NCBI GenBank assembly: GCA_977020255.1
Contig: CDROCS010004085.1
Coordinates: forward strand, 372,001 to 436,000
Origin: Obrimoposthia wandeli
Lineage: Eukaryota
Length of the DNA stretch: 64,000 nucleotides
Reading direction: 5' to 3'
A model generated the notes under the pieces. The model saw only the letters and a program-made list of their open reading frames with translations, made no database searches and was not told where the DNA came from. Of the stretch, positions 13,435 through 22,342 are shown in pieces. Positions within the stretch are counted from its first letter, which is position 1, and every line of letters starts with the position of its first letter. The position numbers and the translations under genes were made by a program.

Positions 13435-13484
13435 TGTATTAGATTGATATCTCTAATAAGAAAAAGCCTGTTAAGACAGGCTTT
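13415..13484 (+). repeat. 70-bp imperfect direct repeat, copy 1 (yhaO 3' end + terminator)
   Basis: 56/70 ungapped identity with 16225-16294 by manual alignment. Confidence 0.8.
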
Positions 13485-13487
13485 TTT
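13461..13487 (+). terminator. Rho-independent terminator
   Basis: AAAAAGCCTGT-TAAG-ACAGGCTTTTTT. Confidence 0.85.
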
Positions 13488-13884
13488 GTTTTGTGTTGAG
13501 ATTCAAGAGTTGCACGAGAAGCGGCTGTCATACACGAAATACACAATTAATATATAACTTCCGCTACATAAAGCCTTGGTATTATCGGTTGGCAGAGGTT
13601 GCAACAAAGCCGTTTACGACAGAATCCACCGACTTATATTCATAGTCAGGAATATTGAAACTCCTGACTATTAAATTTAGTGGTTATTACTCGCGGGTAG
13701 CCATGCCGCGCCACGTACACCACTACTATCTCCGAATTTAGCTCTAGGGATGCTTCACTTGAATCATTAATGAGATTTAAGTAAATCCCGCTAAAAATAT
13801 AGCAAACTAATGCTACATCTACGATAAGTGTTGCAAAAGTTAACATGTATGATACTTTTTGCATACAAGTTAAAGGAGAGACAT

Positions 13885-14043
13885 ATGGATAGTGTTGTTT
13901 TACTTGATAATGGAATTATTGGTGTGGTTGAAGATATCAATGAAGAGTTACTTAACTCTAATGTAGATGTCTTTGAATATGATGACGATGGTAGTCGTCA
14001 TTCTCGATCAGGAATGGTAGTTGAAGTCCTAAGCAATTATTAA
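13885..14043 (+). CDS. Small acidic hypothetical protein (52 aa)
   Basis: Strong SD AAGGAG; upstream TTGCAA-16 nt-TACTTT with a TG extension. Confidence 0.6.
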   Translation: MDSVVLLDNGIIGVVEDINEELLNSNVDVFEYDDDGSRHSRSGMVVEVLSNY

Positions 14044-14094
14044 AATTACGATGACTACTATTTAAACGTTATCGAAAGGCAGCAGCTACGCCAA

Positions 14095-14235
14095 CAAAAA
14101 GTGCTGCCGACGCGATCCCCTCAAGACGACCTGACCGATCTCATGCCATGGAGTCTGGAAATAGGTGAGGCCTCACTGCTTAATTAGGGTCACATTTGAG
14201 TTGTCAACCGGGGGGGCTGGTGATATCGGTTATTT
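14095..14235 (+). mobile_element. Possible IS66-family transposase C-terminal remnant
   Basis: Reads VLPTRSPQDDLTDLMPWS, resembling the IS66 C-terminal ..LP....ELLPW motif; no other part of the element seen. Confidence 0.35.
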
Positions 14236-14336
14236 TTCGAATTTATTCAAGTAACCAACTAATAGTGAATGATGCACGGTAGATTATAAAATAAATCCGA
14301 TAGGTATTAGCAGTAGTGTCATTACAGTATTAAAGG

Positions 14337-14375
14337 AAAAGGCTGGGTCATCATTTTTAATGATCCAGCCTTTTT
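14337..14375. terminator. Bidirectional terminator
   Basis: AAAAGGCTGGGTCAT...ATGATCCAGCCTTTTT. Confidence 0.8.
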
Positions 14376-14403
14376 GATATTTGAGGTGATTGATAGGAAA
14401 TAA

Positions 14404-14982
14404 TTATAGCGAAGAGGTTTTAAAGCCAGCGCCTTTCCACGCAAAAATACCGCCAGGGTAACGATAGACATTGGTGTAACCGAGTTTCACCGCCCAAGCC
14501 GCGGCGTTATGGCTACGGCTGCATTTCACGAACCCACAGTAAAAGACCAAGGTCTTACTCTTGTTTTCACCGAGAAGCTGGGTGAAATCCTCGACTGATT
14601 GCTGGTCGGTTAATACAGAGTTCCACTCCGGCATATTAGGGATCGGAAACTCGAACTGCTTAGCGCTTGGGATATGCTCTTTCTTGTAGCTGTCTTTGAA
14701 CGGCATTGCATCGACAATTATCACATCGGTATCTTGTTCGATGAGTGTTTTGAGTCCGTTCGTGTCGATAAGCAGGTAGTCGCCGGCAAGGGTTTCATTA
14801 TGAAGTTTGATGGCCACTTGCTCTGTCTCTACTTCGGCTTTGAATTTACCGCCAAACAGGCCTGCATTGGCACTAAACGGTAAGGTTAACAATGCACTGG
14901 CAAGAATAAGAATGTTGAGTGAAGAACTGCGTCCGGTACGCAAGAAAGAAAGCGAGTGCAAAGATGCCTTGTTTTGTCTCAT
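14404..14982 (-). CDS. Exported rhodanese-like domain protein
   Basis: Signal peptide ending SANA; IVDAMP..SYKKEHIPSA, FYCGFVKCSRSH and YPGGIFAW motifs; SD AAGGA upstream of ATG 14982. Confidence 0.88.
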   Translation of the reverse strand: MRQNKASLHSLSFLRTGRSSSLNILILASALLTLPFSANAGLFGGKFKAEVETEQVAIKLHNETLAGDYLLIDTNGLKTLIEQDTDVIIVDAMPFKDSYKKEHIPSAKQFEFPIPNMPEWNSVLTDQQSVEDFTQLLGENKSKTLVFYCGFVKCSRSHNAAAWAVKLGYTNVYRYPGGIFAWKGAGFKTSSL

Positions 14983-15019
14983 GATTGTATCCTTATGAAA
15001 ATAGGTTTGTTCCACCACA

Positions 15020-15466
15020 TCACACTGTTGGTGTTATAGCGCGGTGGTTTGCCAAGTTATTGAAATAATAAAGTGCTGCTGAAACAATAAGTACTAGCAG
15101 CATGATGAAAAATTGTGGCTGAAGTGTGCTGTAGACAGCTGACTGAAGCGAACCCGGCAGGTAGCAGCCGCAATCAAAATGTAATCCTTGATAAAGGGCA
15201 AGTCCCAACAGGGCAATGTGCATGCAGAAGGCAGCAACAACAGGAAATAAGGTTGTAATGCCAAAGTAGGCGGTGAGTGCGCTAATGCCAAGCACTAGTG
15301 GTATGGCAAAAGCGATTGGTTCGGCATACATAATAGGGACGATACCGGTATCGCTAAGTAGCAATCTGGTGTGTTCCGCTAAGACAAACCCTTTGGCCGT
15401 GAGTGCTGCAGCGCACATCAGTACAAAAGAGGTAACAAAAAGATGGAAATAGCTTCTAGTTTTCAT
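15020..15466 (-). CDS. MauE/DoxX-family redox membrane protein
   Basis: About 4 TM segments with a GLHFDCGCY motif; start inferred at 15466. Confidence 0.8.
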   Translation of the reverse strand: MKTRSYFHLFVTSFVLMCAAALTAKGFVLAEHTRLLLSDTGIVPIMYAEPIAFAIPLVLGISALTAYFGITTLFPVVAAFCMHIALLGLALYQGLHFDCGCYLPGSLQSAVYSTLQPQFFIMLLVLIVSAALYYFNNLANHRAITPTV

Positions 15467-16224
15467 AAATTGATCGCTTCCTTTTGTATTGTCCGGTTCT
15501 TGAGTCGCCGAATGAACAGCCAAAGATCTAATCTGGCAAATCTGTTTGGTTTGAATTTCTTAAGCTAGGCTATATGTGACTTGTAGTTGTTTCTGAAACT
15601 TCTTGCTTACATCAATAGCGCCTCAGCTATCTACCTCAATTCTAAGTGTCATTGACCAGATCCATGTTGTTTATCAGCCAGATTTGTTTTTCTATCCTTG
15701 AGGCTGATTGGGTAACCACCAGTGGGATTCAAGTAACGATAAGTAATAGAGTGCTTATAATACCTTACCAGCAATAAATGAACCTTGATGCAAGTAGCGA
15801 AAATACGCTCTTATTTTGTTATTGAGCGCTAGAACTTGTTGAAAAATATAAAAATAATCAAGAGGGAAAGTGAATCGTCAAAGGGGATAAGTATCAGTGA
15901 TGACATGTAAGTAACTTCAGCAAAAATTCTGGCGAATGGCACAGGTGCTGGGGGGCTATCAAAGTGATGCTCCGTTTGGCATTTACCGCTGGGCAGTACC
16001 CCAACAGTCTATGCTTATGCAGTAATGAGTAGCAGAGTTGTTGCAGATTCTGAATAGATAAAAAGAGTTAACGGATATATAGAACTTAATTAGACATCTA
16101 TATTTACGTGATGAATATTTACGTGTTCAATAACTACTTGCTTACCAATAAAGCTCAGCTACCTTAACTATGCTTATATGTTCGAGTTTCTGAACTTGAA
16201 AATAGATGAGGCCGAATAAGACCT

Positions 16225-16294
16225 CACTGCTTGCCTTTATCCAATGTATTTGATTGATTATTGAATAATAAAAAAGCCTGTTGAGACAGGCTTT
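16225..16294 (+). repeat. 70-bp imperfect direct repeat, copy 2 (includes terminator for convergent tlh)
   Basis: Offset exactly 2810 bp from copy 1; hairpin AAAAAGCCTGT-TGAG-ACAGGCTTT. Confidence 0.8.
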
Positions 16295-16335
16295 GTTTTA
16301 TTTATTCAATAGTGCTTTATTTTGTCCGTATAACG

Positions 16336-17622
16336 TTATTGGAAACTAAAGGTATCAAGTGTGCCTTTTAATATTTGCTCTGCGATGACTTTATGAGTTT
16401 GCGTGGTAGGGTGAGTAACTCCCCAGAATACATAACTGTCAGAACCATAAGTTGCACAATCGCTAGTGAGCGCGTGGCTCATTAAATAGTCCTTGGATGA
16501 ACTACGGTTGATGTTTAAACACGCATCAGATGCATTACGGAATCCGTATTGCTCTGGATTACTGGTCATTGCATCAAACAAAGCAAACGTGTCATATAAC
16601 GCAATATTGATACCTTGCTGCTTATACATGGCGACTTGCGTTGCCACAAATTGATTAAATGCTTCAATTTTCTGTTTAACGATCACGGCTTCTTGTGGGT
16701 CACTGTACTTAAACTGCGGTGCTTTGGTGGCATCCGGTAAATTTAATACTAAGATATTTTCAGCGCCGTTACTGGTAAGTGTTTGCAAGGCACGACGGAA
16801 ATCTTCGCTGACGTCTGCGACAGAACGGTCGTAGTTTACAAAGTCATTGAGACCGAATTCAATAGTAAATAAGCTGCTTTTGGGCTGGTAGTTTTTGGTG
16901 TATTTCATGTACGTGAGATAGGAATTCACTTGGTCATGAATACCGGATAGCACCACATATTGGGTGTCACCAGCAGCACCTCCGACAGCCCATGTATATA
17001 GAGGGAGTTTTTTGGCTTTGGCTAGGTACTCTGTCCAAACAAAACCGTTGCTGAAGTGCCCAAGAAACCATGAATTACTGTTAGGGAAGATCCATTGTGA
17101 GCCATTAAATAAGTTACCAGTGTCAGAAATACTGTCGCCAAAACTGATAATTTTATTGATGGCTGTTGATGGTGATATTGTATCTTGCGTCCAGATTGAA
17201 TGGTTATACGAGAAGCGGGTGTCTGACGCGAAATAGGTAATATCTGCCGTATCATGCGTTACCCCAAGGGTATCTTGACAGCGTTCTGCAATATCTGTTT
17301 GTGGGGTTGTCGTGAAGAACATGTTTTTCAGAGAAATAGAAGAATACCAATATCCTTGAACAGTAAAGTAATCCCCATTTGGTTGTTGTGCCCATTCCCA
17401 ATCTGTAGACGGATCGTCATGGGTAGCATCAGGACGATACCAGCAACGCACGTAAGTATAAGTTGGTGAACCTTGCTTTGCCGTCATGGCGGCAGGGGTG
17501 AGCGTGTTGGGTGATAGATTTTCTGGTGCGGGTAACATTGATACGGCGTCGAGCGGTTGATTATCGGCGCTCATAGCCAATGTCGAGAAAAAGAAAGTGA
17601 ATAACAGGAGTGTTTTTTTCAT
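16336..17622 (-). CDS. tlh: Thermolabile hemolysin / SGNH phospholipase (lecithinase)
   Basis: Signal peptide; TYTYVRCWYRP, FGDSISDTGN, GLNDF and WGVTHPT motifs of Vibrio TLH/LDH. Confidence 0.92.
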   Translation of the reverse strand: MKKTLLLFTFFFSTLAMSADNQPLDAVSMLPAPENLSPNTLTPAAMTAKQGSPTYTYVRCWYRPDATHDDPSTDWEWAQQPNGDYFTVQGYWYSSISLKNMFFTTTPQTDIAERCQDTLGVTHDTADITYFASDTRFSYNHSIWTQDTISPSTAINKIISFGDSISDTGNLFNGSQWIFPNSNSWFLGHFSNGFVWTEYLAKAKKLPLYTWAVGGAAGDTQYVVLSGIHDQVNSYLTYMKYTKNYQPKSSLFTIEFGLNDFVNYDRSVADVSEDFRRALQTLTSNGAENILVLNLPDATKAPQFKYSDPQEAVIVKQKIEAFNQFVATQVAMYKQQGINIALYDTFALFDAMTSNPEQYGFRNASDACLNINRSSSKDYLMSHALTSDCATYGSDSYVFWGVTHPTTQTHKVIAEQILKGTLDTFSFQ

Positions 17623-17721
17623 AATATTGTCCGCTTCTGTTGAACGTAATGATAAAAGCCGACCATTTCAGCTGAACTCAAAAATGGTCGAGGTGATTTA
17701 TGTTGGAAATGAATCGAATCG

Positions 17722-19572
17722 TTATGGGTTCACTTGGCTGAAATCTGAAAATTGACTGGTATAAATCGTACTGTCTGGCATGTTGCCGTTGTCATTAACA
17801 GTCAGGATGCTCGGAGGAGTCGTTGATGCATCGATAGCATTGATGGTGCGATCATTATTGATGGTAAACAGCACGTCATTGGCAAAATTATTAGGTTCTT
17901 GCCACGACCATATCTGAGTGTTTTTCGCATAATACGCTGAACAGTCGTTGCTGAGCGTCAGCACACCATTTGCTGTATCTAAACATTGTTTGGTGTTGGC
18001 GACGCTGCGATAACGGTGTGCTGCATCAAATACAAAAGACTGAGACTTCGCCCCTTTTATACAATCAGCAAATGCGAGGCTATCGCTTTGTTCTTCAACG
18101 CTATTCACTACGGTAAGGCATTTCGGATACTCTTGGCTTAAATATGTCGATTGAATCGTGACAGAATCGGCCCCGAGGAACCATGGGCTATTCCAATCAA
18201 CGGTAATAGGGAAGCTATCTTGGTAAGTTAGCTGCTCGTAATTACGGTCTTCTTTCCAATTAGAATTTGCAGAGGTATTAGATGTCCAGAGCTCACTGCC
18301 TGAGCTGTAACGACGCCCAATAATGAAACGGTTATGACCAAATAAAGCCAAGCTTTTTACGGTGGTGGTTAGATCGATGGTTGAGACACCAGACGTTGAT
18401 GGTTTAGCTGCGATTTTTGCAACAAAGTCAGGACGAAGACCACTCAAGGCTAAAGAGTTATTATTTTTAAGCTTGTCGAAATTCCACGGATTACCACGGC
18501 GTTCGTCATAATCCCAGCACCATCCATCTGCTGTACCAAGGTTACAAAAGCCATTTTCCGGATCGAGTTGTGACCCGTATTTATTATTTTCGTAACGTAT
18601 GTTGTAACCGTCTGGACGGGTTTTAGTTACTAAACCAAATTGCTTTTTATTGGTGATGCTATATTTGTCGGTGAAACTGTATTCAATATCTTTAATTGGA
18701 AATTTAGGTGATATTGCACCAAGACCAATTTTGATATTAGTGCTGGTCTCTTTATCAATTTTGGATTCCACTTGATCCTGCATTCGAGGGTATAAATCGT
18801 TTAAGTAAATTTGCCCTGACTGCAATTTGGCTTTGTCGTTAACTTGAATATCGACATCAATGGTATCCAAGTACTCGTTATATACATAGCTGGTGTTGCT
18901 ATTGCTGTTCCAGCGGCGGTAGATATCAGACCAACTGTCAGCCATTCCCATATCAACGCCCGATCCCTCAGCTAATACAACCTCTACATACTTGTCTTTA
19001 TCACCCGATGTTGCATAAAAAGGTGAGTGACTGTAATAACGGACTTTGTATTTTAACGTCACATTTCCTTTATTTTGACGCTCCACATTGAAACGACGGT
19101 GAATCACAAATTCCATGATTTTAGGTGCATTACCTGCTGTAGCGGAACGACGTACACGTGTATTTTTGCTGAGGTCATTCACCACTCGGGATTCAATATA
19201 ATCCAGTTCACTGTCGGCTAATTCACCAGTATTCAGTGGTGCATCTAGTAAATAAATCTCACGTTTATTAAGATCGTGCGGGCGAGTAATCAAGAGATAA
19301 GGGCTTTCTACCCCCATTCCTAGTAATGCTATCGTGTATGTACTTCTTGCCGCAGGATCAAGATGAGTCAGATTTAAAAGGGCGTATTGGCAATCGGTTG
19401 GAATGGCACTGTTTGTGTCAGTTAAGTGGCACTGAACTTGGAAGTACGGGGTAGATGATTGCAGACGATCCGCAATACTGTCGGTTTGTGATGAGGAAAG
19501 AGGCATGGCATTGCTGGCTGCGCAACAAGTCATGATCCCCAAACTGATCAATAAGCGTGGGAAGCATTTCAT
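17722..19572 (-). CDS. Divergent beta-pore-forming cytolysin (VCC/VvhA/leukocidin family) with pro-region and C-terminal ricin-type lectin
   Basis: Signal peptide; ITVDWNSPWFLG and SQSFVFDAAHRYRSVANTKQCLD resemble the VCC/VvhA cytolysin-to-beta-trefoil region. Confidence 0.78.
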   Translation of the reverse strand: MKCFPRLLISLGIMTCCAASNAMPLSSSQTDSIADRLQSSTPYFQVQCHLTDTNSAIPTDCQYALLNLTHLDPAARSTYTIALLGMGVESPYLLITRPHDLNKREIYLLDAPLNTGELADSELDYIESRVVNDLSKNTRVRRSATAGNAPKIMEFVIHRRFNVERQNKGNVTLKYKVRYYSHSPFYATSGDKDKYVEVVLAEGSGVDMGMADSWSDIYRRWNSNSNTSYVYNEYLDTIDVDIQVNDKAKLQSGQIYLNDLYPRMQDQVESKIDKETSTNIKIGLGAISPKFPIKDIEYSFTDKYSITNKKQFGLVTKTRPDGYNIRYENNKYGSQLDPENGFCNLGTADGWCWDYDERRGNPWNFDKLKNNNSLALSGLRPDFVAKIAAKPSTSGVSTIDLTTTVKSLALFGHNRFIIGRRYSSGSELWTSNTSANSNWKEDRNYEQLTYQDSFPITVDWNSPWFLGADSVTIQSTYLSQEYPKCLTVVNSVEEQSDSLAFADCIKGAKSQSFVFDAAHRYRSVANTKQCLDTANGVLTLSNDCSAYYAKNTQIWSWQEPNNFANDVLFTINNDRTINAIDASTTPPSILTVNDNGNMPDSTIYTSQFSDFSQVNP

Positions 19573-20001
19573 GGGTATTCCTAATTGGAGTGGTGAAAAG
19601 GTAAGTAACGGCAGGAGTGTAAAAGTGAAATGTATGTATATCCATACTGAATGTATGGATATGTGTTATTGAGCCGAGAAATAGTGCCAATTTCAACAGC
19701 ATGGTATTGAATTACTGGTTCTTCATTGAGGTTTGAAAAAATAAACTTATAAATCAATTAACTAGATTTATAAAATACTCTATTGAATGCGTGCCTGTTG
19801 GTGTTTATGCATGCAAATTTAAAATCAGTAAACTAAGATTGTGTTTATGTATTGTGGTTTTTCTAGTTTATTTATTCACATCCTACTGAACAGTGTACAT
19901 AATTACGCAAGTAAAGCATTCATAAAGGTTATGATTTATATTTCATATGTAATCATTAACTGATTTAGATAGTTGGAAAGAACGGTTGAATTGGGTTAAA
20001 G

Positions 20002-21624
20002 ATGAAATTACGTGTTAACAGTATTATCTATACACTAATTATTGCTTTGTTTTTTACGTTATTACAGAACCTAGCCCTATGGGCACACCTTAAAGGTTTA
20101 TTTGCTATTACGCCTGCGGCGAGTGTTGGTTTTATTATTTCTATTCCTATCGTTATTTTAGCGATAATGAATGCTCTTTTCACCTTGATGGTCTGGCCTT
20201 ATATTCACCGTGCAATTATTGCCTTAATAATTGTTTTATCAACCTTTGTGACTTACGCAATGTATAACTATGGTGCATATTTTAACTATGGAATGATAGT
20301 GAATGTGTTTGAAACCAATTCTGGCGAGGCAGGAAGTTACTTCTCTGTCACATTGGTACTTTGGGTAATCACACTGGCCATTCTTCCTATATTTTTTCTG
20401 AGTCGTTTTCGGGTTGTGTATCAATCGTCAGTTTTAAAAGAAGTGGCTGTAAAGGCTGCGAGCATTTTAGCGTCTTTGATTGTTATCGTTTGTATTGCGA
20501 TGATTTACTACAAAGATTATGTTTCTTTAGTCAGAAATCATAGTGAAATAAAAGCACTCATCAATCCAACCAATTATCTTACATCGGGTTTTCAGTATGG
20601 TAGATATCAACTTGTAGAAGCTGATATGCCCTTTGCTAAAATTGGCAATGATGCCATTGATGAACACAATAATAACGACAAAAAAAATGTGTTGGTATTA
20701 GTGGTTGGCGAAGCATCACGTTCAATGAACTATTCGTTGAATGGCTATGGCCGCCAAACTAATCCTCAATTAGCACAACAAGATGTGATTAGTTTTAAAA
20801 ATGTGAGTGCTTGTGGTACTGCGACGGCTGTTTCGTTGCCATGTATGTTTTCTGATATGACGAAGGCCACTTACAATGCGACCACAGCACGTCATCAAGA
20901 AGGGCTGTTAGACGTATTACAACATTCAGGCATCAATGTATTATGGAAAGATAATGATGGCGGATGTAAAGGCGCTTGTGATCGTGTAAAGCACATCGAA
21001 ATATCTGCTGAAATAGACCCTAGTATGTGTCATTCAGGTTCGTGTTATGACGGTATTTTACTTGAGCAACTCAAAGAATACATTGGTTCATTAAAACAAG
21101 ATTCAGTCGTTGTACTGCACTTAATTGGCAGTCATGGACCGACTTATAACGACCGTTATCCTGATGAATTTAAAGTCTTCAAGCCCACGTGTAATACGAG
21201 TGAAATCCAAGGTTGCTCAAAAGAGGAGTTATTAAATACTTATGATAATTCTATTCTCTATACCGACCATATTCTAAATAGCGTTATTACTATTTTAAAA
21301 AATGACGAAAGTCGCCATAATACTGCTATGTTCTATCTCGCGGATCATGGCGAATCACTGGGTGAAAAGGGTGTATATCTTCATGGTCTTCCTTATAATA
21401 TTGCACCCAAAGAGCAAACCACGGTACCAATGATTGTGTGGTTATCATCACAGTTTCAACAAGACCGACATATCGACAATCAATGTCTTAGTAAAGAAGC
21501 TGAAGCGGGAGGGTATTCACAAGATAATTTATTCCATTCTGTTCTTGGTATGATGGATGTGAAGACAGCGGAATATAAGCCAGAACTTGATATGTTTTTA
21601 GCATGTGAACAGTCGGTAAAATAG
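20002..21624 (+). CDS. eptA: Lipid A phosphoethanolamine transferase
   Basis: 5 N-terminal TMs; VVGEASR, CGTATAVSLPCMF, HLIGSHGP, YDNSILYTD and DHGESLGE motifs. Confidence 0.95.
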   Translation: MKLRVNSIIYTLIIALFFTLLQNLALWAHLKGLFAITPAASVGFIISIPIVILAIMNALFTLMVWPYIHRAIIALIIVLSTFVTYAMYNYGAYFNYGMIVNVFETNSGEAGSYFSVTLVLWVITLAILPIFFLSRFRVVYQSSVLKEVAVKAASILASLIVIVCIAMIYYKDYVSLVRNHSEIKALINPTNYLTSGFQYGRYQLVEADMPFAKIGNDAIDEHNNNDKKNVLVLVVGEASRSMNYSLNGYGRQTNPQLAQQDVISFKNVSACGTATAVSLPCMFSDMTKATYNATTARHQEGLLDVLQHSGINVLWKDNDGGCKGACDRVKHIEISAEIDPSMCHSGSCYDGILLEQLKEYIGSLKQDSVVVLHLIGSHGPTYNDRYPDEFKVFKPTCNTSEIQGCSKEELLNTYDNSILYTDHILNSVITILKNDESRHNTAMFYLADHGESLGEKGVYLHGLPYNIAPKEQTTVPMIVWLSSQFQQDRHIDNQCLSKEAEAGGYSQDNLFHSVLGMMDVKTAEYKPELDMFLACEQSVK

Positions 21625-21760
21625 CGTATGTAATCGTTGTGATTTCTTGTGTTTATATACTTACTCGGCTCGATAAAGATACGTATCGGGCTATATTTGA
21701 TAGTTAGCAAAAGGGCTCGTTGGCTTTAATGGGTCTTTATTTGTAATAGAGAGTGTAATA

Positions 21761-22117
21761 ATGAAGCCAGGAGCTACAGGGATAAAACGCGTTTTTGCTG
21801 CAACGGGTTATTCTATGCAAGGATTGAAAGCAGCATGGAAAAATGAAGCCGCATTTCGTCAAGAATCGGTGTTATTAGTTGTACTGACTATAGTCACTTG
21901 CTTTCTTCCTGTGACAAAGTTTGAGCAGCTGGCAATGATTGCAAGCATGCTTCTTGTGGTGATAGTAGAGCTCATTAATTCTGCAATAGAAGCCGTCGTA
22001 GACCGTATTGGTTCTGAGCACCATGAATTGAGCGGACGAGCAAAAGATATCGGATCTGCTGCGGTATTTGTCTCATTGTGTTTAGTCGGCATTACATGGT
22101 TGGTTATTTTACTCTAA
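21761..22117 (+). CDS. dgkA: Diacylglycerol kinase (copy 1)
   Basis: NEAAFRQE, ELINSAIEAVVDR and AKDIGSAAV motifs. Confidence 0.96.
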   Translation: MKPGATGIKRVFAATGYSMQGLKAAWKNEAAFRQESVLLVVLTIVTCFLPVTKFEQLAMIASMLLVVIVELINSAIEAVVDRIGSEHHELSGRAKDIGSAAVFVSLCLVGITWLVILL

Positions 22118-22159
22118 AGATTGTTTAACTGTGTTTTTATGCAGTTAAATATTCACCCT

Positions 22160-22290
22160 GCGTCTAACTCAAGGCTTCATTGATAGCCTAGTGATGATAT
22201 TAAGTATGAAGAAGCTGGCGAAAAGCGCACTTTGTTGTTGATGAGGGTCACTTAATTCAAAGCGCAGTACTCACCTATGATGCCCCACAA
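22160..22290 (+). mobile_element. IS5-family (IS903-like) transposase remnant, internally deleted
   Basis: Reads RLTQGFIDSL then WRKAHF; 22211-22275 is similar to 24888-24951. Confidence 0.55.
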
Positions 22291-22342
22291 AGCTTTAGTA
22301 CTGCATAGTGGGGAACCATGGTTAATAAGACAAGACCTACAT

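Noticed and set aside
13646-13864. 72-aa minus-strand ORF with ARHGYPRVI...QEF, faintly like an IS3 integrase core
   Set aside because: No DNG or DDE residues; similarity too weak to call.
15530-16220. ORF-poor stretch with protein-like scraps and an 11-bp direct repeat (ATATTTACGTG at 16100 and 16115)
   Set aside because: No family recognised and only two repeat units; not a CRISPR array or an identifiable pseudogene.
20002-22117. eptA-dgkA linkage as a novelty
   Set aside because: Well-known pairing; DgkA recycles the DAG by-product.
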